Shown here: positions 1-9,773 of the stretch, one piece after another
How positions within the stretch are numbered: position 1 is the first letter of the stretch
Layout: every line of letters starts with the position of its first letter
DNA from: Polyangiaceae bacterium
Lineage (GTDB): Bacteria > Myxococcota_A > Polyangia > Polyangiales > Polyangiaceae
DNA length: 48,776 nucleotides
Direction of reading: 5' to 3'
NCBI GenBank assembly: GCA_044222475.1
Contig: JBGANF010000052.1
Location: 1-48,776, forward strand
Program-made: the position numbers and the translations under genes
The notes under the pieces: generated by a model
What the model saw: the letters and a program-made list of their open reading frames with translations, nothing else
Told to the model about the DNA's origin: nothing
Databases searched by the model: none

Positions 1-1
1 G

Positions 2-3000
2 ATCGTCGTCGCTCTTCGGAGTGGTCAAGAGCTCGCCCTTGTCGCCGTCTTTGCGGATGACGAACACCCGTCGCGACGTGGTGTCGGGCGTCTCACGGGC
101 GACGACGCTGACGAAGTTGATGCCAGGCCGCAGCGGCAGATCCGCCTCGAACGACATCTTCTTCGGGTCCGCGCCGTTGCGGTTCGACCGGTAGAACACC
201 TTGCGCGACCCGACGAAGATGTACGCATCGAGGATGCGCTCGCCGTCGGAGGCGACGCCCTTGATCGTCATGTGCGGATCCTTCGTCGCGAGGTCGGGCG
301 CGGTGATCTCGATCGAGGGCGGAGCCTTGAGCATGATGTCTTCGAACGACGTCGTGCCGCCGGTCGGCACCGAGGACACGTCGCTCTTCTTCACGAAGGC
401 GAACCGCGCCTGACCGAGTGAGACCTTGTAGTAGTCGCCGGTGGCGCCGAGGACGGTCGCGGCGGTGTTCGGCAGCAAGCGCCCGAACCCGCGGGCGGTC
501 ACGTCGGGCGAGGAGAAGAGGAGCGCGCCGGTCGCGTTCGCCTTCGCGCCGCCTTGGGCTGCTTTGACGTCGGCGGGGGCGGCGATCGGGATGTGGATCT
601 TCTCGACGATCGACTCGCGGAGATCCTGGTCGACGATGGCGAGCTCGACCTTGACCTCGGGCTCTTCGAGGGTCGGCGAGACGTCGAAGGTGAACGCGAA
701 GCGCTTCTCTTCACCGGGCTTCATGTTCGAGACGTCGTTGAATCGACCGTCCTTGAGGAGGATCCCCTCGCCAGAGAGGTTCTTGAGGTTGGCCTGGCTG
801 TCGAACGACGTGCCTTTGCCGGTGTTCTTCACCGTCATGTACATCGTGAGCTGCTCGCCCTTCTGCACGCGGCCGTCGCCGTTGCCGACGCGGTTGTCGA
901 CGATCTCGTACGAGTACGAGAACGTCGGCCGATCGAGGGACCGGGTGGTCACCCGGAGCTCCGAGTCGGGAAGTGCGACGCTTCGTGCTTCCTCGAACTT
1001 GATCTTGATGCCGTCGGATCGGGTGAGCGCGTCCTTCGGGATCTTGCATACCCGCGGGGCGTCCTTGGGGAGCACCTGGGACGAGCCGGCCTTGCGGCCC
1101 TCGACGTCGCACCAGCCGAGCGCGGCCGTGACCGTCTTGCTCTTGCCCGGCTCGAGCTTGCCGATGACTAGCTCCTTGTTGTCGAACATGGCGTTGTCGC
1201 TCTTCGTCGTCCCCATGAGACGGTAGAGAGTGACCGTGCCCTTGTTCGTCACGGTGAGGTTGACGTTCATCGGCTCGCCCGCCTTCGCTTCGTTGCCGGG
1301 TCGGTCGGTCTCGACCTTGACCTCGAGCGGCGGCGGCGTCGGGGCCTGCGCCTCGGCCGGGGGCGGTGCACTCCAGTCGATGGCGATCTTCTTGAGGTCG
1401 GCTTCGATCTTGCCGATCTCCGCGAGGCGCGTCGAGTCGATGAACGACTTCGCCGCCCGCACCTGGTCCGGCCGCGTCCCCTGCGGGACGTGCTGGACGA
1501 AGTCGTGGGCGAACTTGATCTGGAAGTCCATCGCGAAGACGTCGTCGGGGTCGCCGCCGCGCTCGCGCAGCTCTTGGCGCTCCTTCTGGGTGAGGTCGTA
1601 GCGCACCTCTTCCGAGGGCTTCTGGCCCGTGCGGATGAGGGCGTTCGACAAGCTGCGGGTGAGGTCGCGCTCGCGGATGCCGCCGCCGTCGGCGTTGAGA
1701 TCCATCTCCAGGAGGTCGGCCGTCATGGCGTCGAGCTCGATGTCGGGCGTGACGCCGGTGCCTTGAATCGAGATGTCGCCCGGCTCCGTCAGGTACTGCG
1801 CGACGGTGAGCTTGAGCGCCGCCTGGTCGGGCAGTTTGTCGAACACGATCTGGACCGAGCCCTTGCCGAACGTCGTGTCGCCGATGATGACCGCGCGGTC
1901 GTGGTTCTTCATCGCGCCGGCGACGATCTCGCTGGCGCTCGCGGAGTTGCCGCTCACGAGCAGCGCGATCGGGTAGTTCGGCTCGGTACCGCTCTCGTGC
2001 GCGTTCTTCTCGTCGCGGCCTTCGCTCGCGCCGACGGTGGCGACGATGGGACCGGAGTTCACGAAGCGATCGACGATCTTCACCGCTTGATCGAGGAGAC
2101 CGCCCGGGTTGCCTCGGAGATCGAGGACGAGGCCCTTGAGCGGACCTTGCCCCTTCATGTCGCTGAGGGCGGCGTCCATGTCGCTGTAGGTGTTCATCTG
2201 GAACCCCTTCAGCCGGATGTACCCGATGTTTCCGTCGAGGAGCTTGTGCTCGACGCTCTCGACCTTGATCTGCTCGCGCTTGAGCTCGAACGGCCTGACG
2301 CCCGCCCAGCCGTCGGGGCCGTCGCGGTGGATCCAGACCGTGACCTTCGTGTCGGGCGTGCCGCGGAGGTGGTTCACCGCTTCGTTGAGGCCCATGTTGA
2401 GCGTCGACTCGCCGTTGATCTTCTGGATGCGGTCGTCCTTGCGGATGCCGGCGCGCGAGGCCGGCGTGTTCGGCATCGGCTTCACGACGGTGAGCTGCTG
2501 GTCGCGCAGCGAGATCACGATCCCGAGACCGCCGAAGTGGCCGGTCGTCGTCGTGTTCATGTCCTTGTACGCCTCGGGCGAGAGGAGGACGCTGTGCGGA
2601 TCGAGCGTGTGCAGCATGCCGTTGCAGGCCGCGTACTCGACCTCGCGGAGATCGACCTCGGTGCCGCGGAGGTTGTCTTGGATGAACGCGAAGATCTCGC
2701 GGAGCTTGGCGCTCACGTCCCACGGACCGAGGACCTGGTCGACGCGAAACTCCTTCTCCTGCGCCTCGACGCGAATCTTGACGGTGTTCGAGCCCTCTTC
2801 CTGGGTCACGATGATCTGGGCGACGTCCCGCTGAACGTAGTTGAGCGACGAGAGGAGCATCTCGCGCGGCTTCACGCGCTTCGGGTCGACGTATTTCTTC
2901 GTGATCAGATCGAGCGTCTGATTGACGACCTTCAGCTGGGTGAGGTCGTAGGTCGACCGCGTCTCCGGGCCGCCGGCGGCGCTTGCAGGTGCGAGCCCCT

Positions 3001-3106
3001 GCCACAGCCCACCACCCCGGAGGTGGAGCGCGAGCACGCTGGCGAGGAGGAACGACCCGAATAGGGCGCCAATCTTGATGCCTTTGTCGACGAGGCGGGA
3101 GCGCAT
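2..3106 (-). CDS. Large S41A carboxyl-terminal processing protease (PDZ + peptidase + long C-terminal extension; MXAN_5808-like); 3' end beyond left edge
   Basis: Translated by hand from ATG 3106 with GGAG RBS: MRSRLVDKGIK..., LDPHS, FGGLGI (PDZ), LDLRGNPGG, SASASEIVAGA (catalytic Ser), TFGKGSVQ (catalytic Lys). No stop seen before the window edge, so it is missing from the ORF track. Confidence 0.92.
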   Translation of the reverse strand, partial: MRSRLVDKGIKIGALFGSFLLASVLALHLRGGGLWQGLAPASAAGGPETRSTYDLTQLKVVNQTLDLITKKYVDPKRVKPREMLLSSLNYVQRDVAQIIVTQEEGSNTVKIRVEAQEKEFRVDQVLGPWDVSAKLREIFAFIQDNLRGTEVDLREVEYAACNGMLHTLDPHSVLLSPEAYKDMNTTTTGHFGGLGIVISLRDQQLTVVKPMPNTPASRAGIRKDDRIQKINGESTLNMGLNEAVNHLRGTPDTKVTVWIHRDGPDGWAGVRPFELKREQIKVESVEHKLLDGNIGYIRLKGFQMNTYSDMDAALSDMKGQGPLKGLVLDLRGNPGGLLDQAVKIVDRFVNSGPIVATVGASEGRDEKNAHESGTEPNYPIALLVSGNSASASEIVAGAMKNHDRAVIIGDTTFGKGSVQIVFDKLPDQAALKLTVAQYLTEPGDISIQGTGVTPDIELDAMTADLLEMDLNADGGGIRERDLTRSLSNALIRTGQKPSEEVRYDLTQKERQELRERGGDPDDVFAMDFQIKFAHDFVQHVPQGTRPDQVRAAKSFIDSTRLAEIGKIEADLKKIAIDWSAPPPAEAQAPTPPPLEVKVETDRPGNEAKAGEPMNVNLTVTNKGTVTLYRLMGTTKSDNAMFDNKELVIGKLEPGKSKTVTAALGWCDVEGRKAGSSQVLPKDAPRVCKIPKDALTRSDGIKIKFEEARSVALPDSELRVTTRSLDRPTFSYSYEIVDNRVGNGDGRVQKGEQLTMYMTVKNTGKGTSFDSQANLKNLSGEGILLKDGRFNDVSNMKPGEEKRFAFTFDVSPTLEEPEVKVELAIVDQDLRESIVEKIHIPIAAPADVKAAQGGAKANATGALLFSSPDVTARGFGRLLPNTAATVLGATGDYYKVSLGQARFAFVKKSDVSSVPTGGTTSFEDIMLKAPPSIEITAPDLATKDPHMTIKGVASDGERILDAYIFVGSRKVFYRSNRNGADPKKMSFEADLPLRPGINFVSVVARETPDTTSRRVFVIRKDGDKGELLTTPKSDDD

Positions 3107-3233
3107 GAGTTCTCCGAGTATAGACAGTCGAACGCCGGGTTGCTTGAGGTATTCCGGGTCCTTTTCGTACGGGGCAACCGTGCGAAAGACCTGTTGAACC
3201 ACCGCACCGGGGTGCGCATCTTAGAGGCCTGTG

Positions 3234-4460
3234 ATGAGCCGTCGAACGTTGGCCATCGTCGCGCTCGTGCTGGCCCCGGTCGGGGGGGCGCTGGTGGCGG
3301 CGGGTTGTTCGTCCGAGCCGACCGTGGTCGGCACGACGTCCACCATCGGCACCGAAGGCGGATCGGTGAATGTCGACGATCTCGTGCTCACGATCCCTGC
3401 CGGTGCGCTCACGCGACCGACCTCGATCACCATCACCCGAACGAGCGACGTCGCGCCGAACGGGTTCGTTGCGTTGACGCCGATCTACCGGTTCTCACCC
3501 GACGGGCTCACGTTCGCGCAGCCGGCGCGGGTGAGCTTCGCCCAACCTGCGTCGGCGCCAAACGCGACGATCGTCTGGTCGGCTGGAACGACCTTCGAGG
3601 CACTCGCGACACAGGCAGTGGGCGGTCGCCTCGAGGCCGAGGTGATCCATTTCAGCTCGGGCTTCGTGGCCATACCGCCTGTGGTCGATGGCGGCATCGA
3701 TGCTGGAACGAGTGACGCCGGTTCGGACGTCAGCGTGATGCTCGACGGCAGCAGCTGCTTCGCGCCGCCCGTCATCGATCCGACGGGCAACGTGTTCGCT
3801 GCAGGGGGAACTGCCTTCCCGGTGGGCAGCTTCGGATGCAGCACGGGAGCCAAGTTCACGCCGGTTGCAGTCCCGTTCGGCGTCACGAAGACCCAAATCG
3901 TTTCGTTTGCCGTCACGCATTCGCTCAACTTTTCGATCCCCGGCATCCAGCTTCGTGGCGGTTGCGACAACGGGTCGACGTTGATCAAAAGCGCGGGCTA
4001 CGACGGTCACAACTACGTGGCGACGATCGCGCCAGGGCTCTACACGCTCGTCAGCTGCGAAGGTGCGGTGAACGTCGACGCGACGTTGCTGACACCACCC
4101 GTTCCGACCGGAACGAACACGTCGTGCAACACGGCCGCTCCGCTGCCGGTGAACGAGGCGTACCCCATCCTCGACAGCAACCCGCGGTACTACCAATTCA
4201 CGGCGAACGGCGGAGGCGCGCGCTACCTGGTCGTCACCAACGCCGTACGGTCGGCGGGAAAGTTCACGGCCGAGGTTCAGCAGCAGTGTGGGAACTCATC
4301 GACCGACGTGCTCGGCCCGACCGTCGGAACGTTCAGCATGTCGGGGGCCTACGCCGTCTTCGACACCGGTTTGCTGCCCATCGGAACGTACACGGTCGTG
4401 CTCTCCAACCTCGACGCGGGCGTGCAGCCGAAGGTGAAGTACTCGTCGAGCTTTCCCTGA
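3234..4460 (+). CDS. Lipoprotein with N-terminal ZU5-like domain and Cys-containing beta-rich C-terminus
   Basis: Signal peptide ending LVAAG-C; IGTEGGSV..LTIPAGAL..IYRFSPDGLTFAQP ZU5-like pattern; DGG/DAG linker. Confidence 0.7.
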   Translation: MSRRTLAIVALVLAPVGGALVAAGCSSEPTVVGTTSTIGTEGGSVNVDDLVLTIPAGALTRPTSITITRTSDVAPNGFVALTPIYRFSPDGLTFAQPARVSFAQPASAPNATIVWSAGTTFEALATQAVGGRLEAEVIHFSSGFVAIPPVVDGGIDAGTSDAGSDVSVMLDGSSCFAPPVIDPTGNVFAAGGTAFPVGSFGCSTGAKFTPVAVPFGVTKTQIVSFAVTHSLNFSIPGIQLRGGCDNGSTLIKSAGYDGHNYVATIAPGLYTLVSCEGAVNVDATLLTPPVPTGTNTSCNTAAPLPVNEAYPILDSNPRYYQFTANGGGARYLVVTNAVRSAGKFTAEVQQQCGNSSTDVLGPTVGTFSMSGAYAVFDTGLLPIGTYTVVLSNLDAGVQPKVKYSSSFP

Positions 4461-4464
4461 CGCA

Positions 4465-5374
4465 TCATCCGCCAAACCCACCGCCGCGCGATCCTCCGAT
4501 CGCGCGGCCCGGACCGCCCCACCCCCTCGGAATGGCGTGTATTCCGCCGAATCCGCCGCGGGCGCGGGCGAAGAAGATCGGATCGTCGAGGAGGGTCCGC
4601 CGCGCGTAGACGCGATACCCGGTCGACACGAGGAGCTCGTCCCAGCGCCCGGCGACCGGCCGCGAGTCGAGCCAACCGAGGTCGACCATCGCCATCGCGA
4701 TTCCCGCCGCCTGGTAGGCGAGGAAGAGATCGTTGAGATCGTCTTCCTCCATCTCCGCTGAGCGCGTAGCGGTTGTCGAACTCGCCTTCGCCGGGTTCGT
4801 CGTCGCGGAAGGCGAGGCGCCACGAGTCGAGCAAGAACACGGGCGCGGTCACGGGCGCGGCCGCGTCGGGGAGCTTCGGCACCTCGGCGAGGAGCGCGGC
4901 GAGCGTCTCCGACGCGGGGATGTACTCGTCGTCGGCGGGCCAGTTGTTGAAGGTGAGCACCGGCGCGACCGGGAGCGCCGACGTACGGCTGAGCTCGGCA
5001 CCGAACACCACCGACGCGGCGCCGCGGAGATCGACGATCAGCATCGTATCGGGGGGCAGCCCGGCGTTGGCGACGCGACGCGCGCCGTCGCGCGCCGCTC
5101 CGAGGACGTCGAGCTGGGCGATGTCGGGGAGCTCGGTGCCGGGGAGCATCTCCTTGATCGAGGTCGTCAGGGTCGCCTTCTGATACGGCGCCCACGGGTT
5201 TCCGGCGGGGAGCTGCCACCGCGCGACGAGGTCCGCGGCCGGCACCGTCGTGACGGCTTTGCCTTCGGGCACCGGCTCGGCCCAGTACGCGACGCTCACC
5301 GACGGCGTCCACGGACGCAGCGCGCACGCGCCGGTGAGCACCACGAGGGGGCCGAGGAGGAGCGAGCGCCTCAT
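4465..5374 (-). pseudogene. Lipoprotein with Gly-rich RGGFGG tail, broken by a frameshift/deletion near 4755
   Basis: MRRSLLLGPLVVLTGA-C signal from ATG 5374. Protein-like to FDNRYALSG, then the frame becomes Arg-rich and runs into the convergent gene. A shifted frame continues EEDDLNDLFLAYQAAG...ARARGGFGG...GGGFGG-stop at 4465. Confidence 0.65.
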
Positions 5375-6490
5375 GCGTCCGCCGAGCGTGACGTAGCGCG
5401 GACCCCACGGCGTCTCGAGCGGCGACTGCTCGACGTAGCGCTGCGCGATCCAGGAGCTTCCGCTGCGCGCGTCTTTTCCGACCTCGGCGACGAGCGCCTT
5501 CCACTCGGCGTCGGTCGCGAGCGGACCGACGAGCACGTCGTCTCCGACGCGACCGAAGGCGCGCTTGACGACCCAACGCGATCGATCGCGCTCGAGCTCC
5601 TCGGCGGAGATCTCCGAGAGCTCGTGCGTCTCCACGATCGGAGTCCCGGCGCAGTCCTCGAGAGCCCAGGCGCGCGCGAAGGACAGCTTCGACTGCGCGA
5701 AGAGCTGGGCGAAGCTCGAGAGCGTGCGCACCGCGCCGCACGCGACCGCTTCCTCGATCTCGGGGAGGTTCTTCTGACCCTCCATGTACTCGATCGGGAA
5801 ATATCTGTAGAGTACACGTACCTCGTGACCCCAGATCCGGAGCGCCGTCCCGTCGAACCGCGGCGCCGTGGGCGGCGCGAGGTGCGCGACGACTCCCCGC
5901 GTCGCGAGAGCGCGACGCAGGAGCGCGCACACCTGAAGATCCTCGGCGTACGCCGTCGCGAAGAGGATCCCCACGTCGCCGCCGTCGGCGAGCTCGGCGA
6001 GGCGATCGGCGAGGGCCTCCACGAGATCGGTCGGGTTCTCGCCGAGGGTGAGCCCGGCGCGACGGGCGAGGCGCGGCAGCGCCATCGATTCGTTGTGACC
6101 GCCCGGACAATCGGCGTTGACCTCGCACGCGTGAAACCGACCGTCGACGCCGAGCAGAAGGTCGACGCGGACGAGGCTCGCGTCGTCGCCCGCGGCGTGC
6201 GACGCGCGAGCGAGCGCGGCCACGTTGGAGTGCACCCGGTAGCGCGCCGCTTCGTCTCCATCGGCGAACGCTCGCGCGGTGGCGGCGTCGATCACCCGCA
6301 CCACCGCTTCGGCCGCCGACACCGCGGCCCGATGAAGGTGCCGCGGAAGAACGAGCGGGTGCAGATCGACGCGGCGTTCGCCGGCGACGTAGGGATCGAA
6401 GATGAGCCAGTCGTCGGCGAGGGAGCGCGCGAGCTCGGGCAGGGCGAGCGGATCCGCGATCGCGAGCTTCTGGACGGAAGGAACCGTCAA
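5371..6490 (-). CDS. Glutathionylspermidine synthase-like ATP-grasp ligase; C-terminus apparently deleted, so it reads in frame into the next gene
   Basis: TTG start overlaps the upstream TGA (TTGA). Motifs RVDLL, CEVNADCPGGHNE, LYRYFPIEY, QSKLSF, WVVKRAFGRVG, WIAQRYV. Ends abruptly at YVTLG, and the ATGA-overlap TGA at 5371 is out of frame. Confidence 0.8.
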
Positions 6491-7569
6491 GGGAGCTCCT
6501 TCGCGATCCCGTCCCACAGCGTCGGGTCTTCGGCGCCGAAGCCGTAGTAGACGACGCCGACGCCGGGCGGCATGGTCGACGGGTCCCACGCGCGGAGCGC
6601 CGCGATCGTGGAGACGCGATCGTCGAACCAGGTGTAGTGCTGGACGCCCGCGCCGTCGCGCCAGTCGACGTGAGGCGCCTGAGTCACGCCGCGTTGAACC
6701 GGGACCTTCGCGACGTACGCGAAGCCCATCGCCTCGACGTAGGAGATCGGACGCGTGCCATACGACGAGAAGTCGGTCCCGTAGAGCGGCACCGACACGT
6801 CGACCGGGACGGTGCCGGCCTTCTTCAGCGCCAACCGGATCGCGTCGACTGCCCACCCAGGATCGAGCGTCGGCCCCGAGCCCGCTTCGGTGTAGTCGAG
6901 CGTCATCACCCGAATGCGATCGGCGTAGGGCGCGATCGCGCCGACGTCGAACGCGTCGCCGCCGGGGAGATCGCTGGGATCGGTGGTGGACGGCGGGACG
7001 AAGACACCGAGCGTCTTCGACGCGGGACGCAGCTTCGCCGACGTGCCGGCGACGAACGCGGTGACGAGCGCGCGCGACCCCGCTCCGATGCGTTGGATGT
7101 CGATCTCGATCCCGTCGGCGAGAGCCGCGAACTCGGCGATCGACGCTTGCATCGACGCGACCCACTGCGCATCGCCGAGGTGCTTCGCGATCTGGGCTCC
7201 GTCGTAGCGCTGGCCCGTCTCGTCGGTGAACGACACCCCGAGCTTCACCGCGTATCCGTCGGCCCGAAGCGCGGTCACCAGCTCGGTGAGCGCACCGCGC
7301 GCGCTCGCGTCGGCCGGGCCGACGTTGCCGGCGTCGCGCGTGGTGCCACACAAGAGGACGACCTCCTTCAGGACGCGCTTCGTGGACGGTGCGTGGAGCA
7401 CGGCGCGCTGCCAGCCGTCGAGCGCGCACCCGTCGGCGATGACGGTACCGCGCCGATCGACGAGCGGCGTCTCGCTCTCCTGGCTGATGCGATCGACCGA
7501 GCCGTACTCGGTACCGCAGCCGACGAGGAACCCGAGAGCAACGAGCACGACAGGGGCGAGGCGTTTCAC
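6487..7569 (-). CDS. GH18 (chitinase-fold) lipoprotein with non-canonical catalytic motif
   Basis: GTG start overlapping upstream TGA; FLVG-C lipobox; DGIEIDIQ (for DxxDxDxE), VMTLDY, VPLYG, YYGFGAED. Confidence 0.75.
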   Translation of the reverse strand: MKRLAPVVLVALGFLVGCGTEYGSVDRISQESETPLVDRRGTVIADGCALDGWQRAVLHAPSTKRVLKEVVLLCGTTRDAGNVGPADASARGALTELVTALRADGYAVKLGVSFTDETGQRYDGAQIAKHLGDAQWVASMQASIAEFAALADGIEIDIQRIGAGSRALVTAFVAGTSAKLRPASKTLGVFVPPSTTDPSDLPGGDAFDVGAIAPYADRIRVMTLDYTEAGSGPTLDPGWAVDAIRLALKKAGTVPVDVSVPLYGTDFSSYGTRPISYVEAMGFAYVAKVPVQRGVTQAPHVDWRDGAGVQHYTWFDDRVSTIAALRAWDPSTMPPGVGVVYYGFGAEDPTLWDGIAKELP

Positions 7570-8222
7570 GATCCGATCTCCCATCGCAAGGTGAGCGTGC
7601 CACCGTTGAAGAACCCGAACGAGTACACGTTGGGCGTGAGGACGAGACACATCCGCGTCCAAGGATCGAAGCGACGACATCCGGACAGGTCGACGCGGAC
7701 GGTCGGCGAGAACGCGGTCGCCGTCGTCTCTTCGATGACGTTGCCGGCGGCGACGCTGCCAGGAACGCTGAAGAACGCGAACCCGCCGGCGATGTCGGCG
7801 CTGAGCAGCCATCGCTTGATCGGCGCTTGCCAGCCGATGCCGAGCACGGACGCCTCGACGATCGACGCACGCCACGAGCGCACCTCCACGAAGCTACCGT
7901 CGACGCTCGCGACGACACGCGGCGCCGGCCCGACCACGCCCCAGTAGCCGATGCCGAGCGTCGGCAGGTAGAGGTTGCGTGACAGGTGCACGTTCATGAA
8001 CGCGGCCGCCCCGACGAATCCCAACGGAACGTCGAGACGACCGGTCGACCCGTCGGGAAAACGAATCAGGTTCGATTCGTCCGGGGAGATGGAGACCGGT
8101 GGGGCCGAGCGCATCCATTGGCCTCCGACCGACACGCCCACGTCGATGCGCTGCGCCGATGCCCCTCGGGAAACGAGGAGCGCCGCGACCACAACCGAGC
8201 CCGTCCCGATCCAACGCACCAT
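7566..8222 (-). CDS. Secreted/outer-membrane beta-barrel-like hypothetical protein
   Basis: Signal peptide ending ASA-Q; alternating amphipathic strands; ends LTLRWEIGS. Confidence 0.6.
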   Translation of the reverse strand: MVRWIGTGSVVVAALLVSRGASAQRIDVGVSVGGQWMRSAPPVSISPDESNLIRFPDGSTGRLDVPLGFVGAAAFMNVHLSRNLYLPTLGIGYWGVVGPAPRVVASVDGSFVEVRSWRASIVEASVLGIGWQAPIKRWLLSADIAGGFAFFSVPGSVAAGNVIEETTATAFSPTVRVDLSGCRRFDPWTRMCLVLTPNVYSFGFFNGGTLTLRWEIGS

Positions 8223-8239
8223 CCGCTGGATCCAACCTT

Positions 8240-8977
8240 TCAATGCGCGGCGTTCTTCCGCAAGATCGCCACGTAGAATCCGGCGAAAAAAGCGGCTTTC
8301 GTGGGCGCGAGGAGGCGCTCGACCCGAGGAAGGATGGCGCGAAGGCCAGGCACCTTCATGGCAGCGGCCACCGGGGTGACGATACGCACACCGTGGGCGC
8401 CGATCAGGGTCGCGCCGGCCGGGACGAGGCGCGGGATGACCCATGGGGCATCGAAGCGCGTGTACACCGCCGCCTCGGTCGTGAACTTGGAGATCTTGCC
8501 TGCCGGCCCGAGGCGCTTCGCGAGCGCACGGAACGAGAGCGGGTTGTAGAACTCCGCGAGGACGACACCCCCCGGACGGGTGACCCGCAGCATCTCCTTC
8601 AGCGCGCTCCCGATCTCCGGCACGTGGGCGAGTACCTTGAACGAGCAGGTGACGTCGAACTGCTCGTCTTCGAACGGGAGCGCGACGACGGAGCCCTCCT
8701 TCACGTCGAGGCCTCGCGCTCGTGCTTGGTCGAGCATGCGCGGAGAGAGGTCGATGCCGACGGCACGGTCGGCGAACTTCGCCATGCGCTCGAGGAGGAG
8801 GCCGGTGCCACAGCCGCACTCGAGGACGTGCTTGCTGCGGCCATAGGTCTCGACGAGCTCGACCTCGAGGTCGTCGATGAGGGCGTGATAGCCGTCGGGG
8901 TCGTTGGGGCGGCGCCGCGCCTCGTAGGCGGCGGCGAACTCGTCGTAATAGGCGCGGGTCGGGTCGAGGTCGGACAT
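8240..8977 (-). CDS. Class I SAM-dependent methyltransferase
   Basis: VLECGCGTG, GIDLSPRML, LPFEDEQFD, LRVTRPGG. Confidence 0.9.
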   Translation of the reverse strand: MSDLDPTRAYYDEFAAAYEARRRPNDPDGYHALIDDLEVELVETYGRSKHVLECGCGTGLLLERMAKFADRAVGIDLSPRMLDQARARGLDVKEGSVVALPFEDEQFDVTCSFKVLAHVPEIGSALKEMLRVTRPGGVVLAEFYNPLSFRALAKRLGPAGKISKFTTEAAVYTRFDAPWVIPRLVPAGATLIGAHGVRIVTPVAAAMKVPGLRAILPRVERLLAPTKAAFFAGFYVAILRKNAAH

Positions 8978-9026
8978 GGAAGAGGAGGCCCCGATCGTTA
9001 GCACGGATGGTACGCTCGGGCCTCCG

Positions 9027-9773
9027 ATGCGCGCGCGAGCGGGTCTGAGCGCATTTCTGGTGCTTTCGCTCATCGCCGGATGCAAGCGGGTGCCGTCGTC
9101 CCACCACGACGAGCCCGCGGTGGAGGAAAAGACGACCGAGTGTCCGCTCCACCCGGACTACTGCCGCGGGCGCTGCAAGGATCTCGATTCACGAAGGTCC
9201 TCACAGCACGCCGATCGACTCTCGGCCTCCGCGCGACCCCGGTTCGGCACCTGCGGCGATTTCGTCGTCTTCGAAGAGAAGGAACCGGCGACCGACGCCG
9301 GCATCCGCGAGTACTTCGACGATGCCGGCGACATCGTCGGCGCCATCGACGACCGGCGCGTCACCGAGTGCCCCACCTTCGGCCTCGTCCCGACGTGCAC
9401 GCCGGCGTGGAGAGACTACCCTCGCGCCTCGATCGCGCTGAGCATCACCTCAGCGCCGCCTTCCTTCGACCGCAGCTCGATCGCCCTGGAGCTCCACCCC
9501 ACGAGGTCGGAGATCGGGACCTGCTACCGGACGGCGCTCTGGGACGACCCCACGATCCGCGGCACGATCGAGGTCGTCGGGGACCTCCCGCCGGATGCCG
9601 GAGCCGCGAAGTGGAGGGCCGGCGAGACGAAGCTCGTGGGATCGTCCCCGGCCCTCGTCGCCTGTACGTTGAGTGCGTTCACGAGGCTCAGGCATGCGAC
9701 GGCGACGAAGAACGCCGAGCTTCGCTTGTTGGTGGAGCTCACGCCGAAGCCAGCGCAGACGGAGGCGCCATGA
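9027..9773 (+). CDS. Cys-rich lipoprotein with AgmX/PglI (TonB-C-like) C-terminal domain
   Basis: LIAG-C lipobox; IGTCYRTALWDDPTIRGTIEV...LVACTL pattern. Confidence 0.6.
   Translation: MRARAGLSAFLVLSLIAGCKRVPSSHHDEPAVEEKTTECPLHPDYCRGRCKDLDSRRSSQHADRLSASARPRFGTCGDFVVFEEKEPATDAGIREYFDDAGDIVGAIDDRRVTECPTFGLVPTCTPAWRDYPRASIALSITSAPPSFDRSSIALELHPTRSEIGTCYRTALWDDPTIRGTIEVVGDLPPDAGAAKWRAGETKLVGSSPALVACTLSAFTRLRHATATKNAELRLLVELTPKPAQTEAP

Noticed and set aside
441..3064. Long ORFs of 205-764 aa listed over the first 3 kb
   Set aside because: Antisense or off-frame shadows of the S41 protease gene, typical of high-GC DNA.
4349..7918. 1189-aa ORF as one giant protein
   Set aside because: The first ~476 aa and the tail after ~4755 are Arg-rich off-frame text; only 6490-4755 is protein-like and spans two genes.
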